64,000 nucleotides of DNA. It comes from Haliotis rubra (taxonomy: Eukaryota). This document shows, piece after piece, positions 62,421 through 64,000 of this stretch. The notes beneath the pieces were generated by a model. It ran no database searches. It saw only the letters and a program-made list of their open reading frames with translations, and was not told the DNA's origin. Numbering within the stretch: the first letter of the stretch is position 1; every line of letters begins with the position of its first letter. Where the stretch lies: positions 248,001 through 312,000 of the forward strand of contig NW_025767021.1 of assembly GCF_003918875.1 (NCBI RefSeq). The letters are read 5' to 3'. Both the position numbers and the translations under genes were made by a program.

Positions 62421-64000
62421 ACTCTTTGTGCATGATAATTGTCTCCAAACACGAATATTGCCATATGTGGTTTTTACTTTATCGAAAATTGTTCATTGAA
62501 AACTCCAGGCGCTGTATCTGCAAAGGTCATTTTGCACATGACTTTAATGCATGATGATCGATTTACGGTTCCACCCTATTAATTGGACAATCTAATGATT
62601 AGGCGATTACTATATAACTGTTTTTCAGTAGTGTCAATGTAGTTCTCAACATATGCTATACGCCACTTCACGCTGTCCTTTAACAGATCAAGTGATCTAC
62701 GTTATCAGGATCGCTACAAGGATCAACCCTCTGCCAATATAGGGGAAAACCACACTCACCCGACTAGGCCAAGATCGTGGTACGACTACGAGTCTAAAGT
62801 CCAGAGCATGATAGCTGTTATACGTGAACTTTAATTGATATTTGCGTTGTGCATTCTCGGCGAATTGCAGAGTGATCGCAATCTTTGATCGGATGACAGG
62901 CACCTCATTTAAATACCCCCAATACCCTAAGTGTAAAGAAATACTCAAGTGAAGTGATCATCAAGAAAAAGTGATATTGGTAAGGGCATGTTCTACCTTT
63001 GAATTTTAGGTTTGCTTTACTATGCGCATTGTGGTTGAAGTATCTGCAAGTGATTGAGCTTTTTTGTTAAAATATCTTAATAGTGTTTTTGAAATGAAAG
63101 TTACATCTTAAATATTATTTTAATACCCAATACAGTCATCTGTTACATGTTTGCCTCTATTGTAGTTTCGTTCTGTTCCATTACCCATTTTGACTGATCC
63201 AGGTATAGACATTATGTACATATGAACAAATATCTATAACATCTATGGTAAAGTATGGGATGAGTGAAATTAAGAGTAAGTAAATAGTAACTGAGTTATA
63301 AAAAAATAGCATATGTACTTTATACAGTCTTAATGTAAGAGTGTTTTGGGTCTTTTTATGTTTCAGCACAGAGGATATGTTTTTGTATGGTTTTCAGTTA
63401 GCATTGATGCATATATTTAAAAAAAATACTCTTAAGCCTGTCCACATGTTCAGTATTTTCCATTTATCTGTCCAGAAAATGTATATAAGTATAGAGTAAT
63501 GACTTGTTTCTTATAATAAACACCACAACAGGGCATTTTGATTGAAACTGAGGTTTCTAAGTATCAGTACTCTTGCAGCACTAATTCTTATGCCATTATT
63601 ATTTCAACCTGGTCATCAGCTTATGATACTGGGAATGTTTATCACTGGTTTCATAAAATCTGTGTTTTTGCCAATGCAAACAGTTAAAACAGGTTCTCTT
63701 TATGTCTGATAATGTCAGAAAAATATATCAGCACATAATTGACATCAGTGTTGAACTGACATCAAAAAGTATTCATTCAATGCCTAATTCTTTTTGAAGA
63801 ACTTTCTAATTTTTGTTATTGTCAGTGACTTATGTTGGTTTACAGCTAGTTATGAAAACATTTGTCTTTAAATGCCAACAAAACAATTAGATTTATTAGA
63901 ATAACAATGGCAACTAATCAATGCTAATTAGGCAATTGTACAAGATAGAAGTGATTAGTGTGGGTATTGTTAATGTCACCTGGATCATCAGTTAATTACC

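Overview
Eukaryotic, AT-rich, intron-rich animal DNA; the SINE and satellite content suggests a mollusc, possibly an abalone-like gastropod (inference). I reconstructed five spliced genes by hand from GT-AG boundaries and reading phase. (1) The 3' part of DNAI7/CASC1 (+, 13 exons, 5250-13953). (2) NDUFA9 (-, 11 exons, 19560-26166). (3) TXNL4A/Dim1 (+, intronless CDS 28699-29127), head-to-head with NDUFA9. (4) A renalase-superfamily FAD oxidoreductase that looks closest to the plant At3g04650-type family (+, ~36055-41836). (5) An ELOVL4-like fatty-acid elongase (-, 46805-58325). The best finding is in the elongase: two tandem, homologous, phase-0 copies of the TM6-TM7 exon (49584-49754 and 49373-49540) lie only 43 nt apart. 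This is the architecture of sterically enforced mutually exclusive exons and could give two elongases with different acyl-chain tunnels from one gene. The rest of the window holds six minisatellite arrays (several abutting splice sites), tRNA-derived SINEs (some with TSDs), two Tc1/mariner relics, MITEs, a degraded DIRS-like RT/RNaseH and an unclassified internally duplicated element at 1-4290. Apparent 1-bp insertions in NDUFA9 and the oxidoreductase are probably assembly errors.
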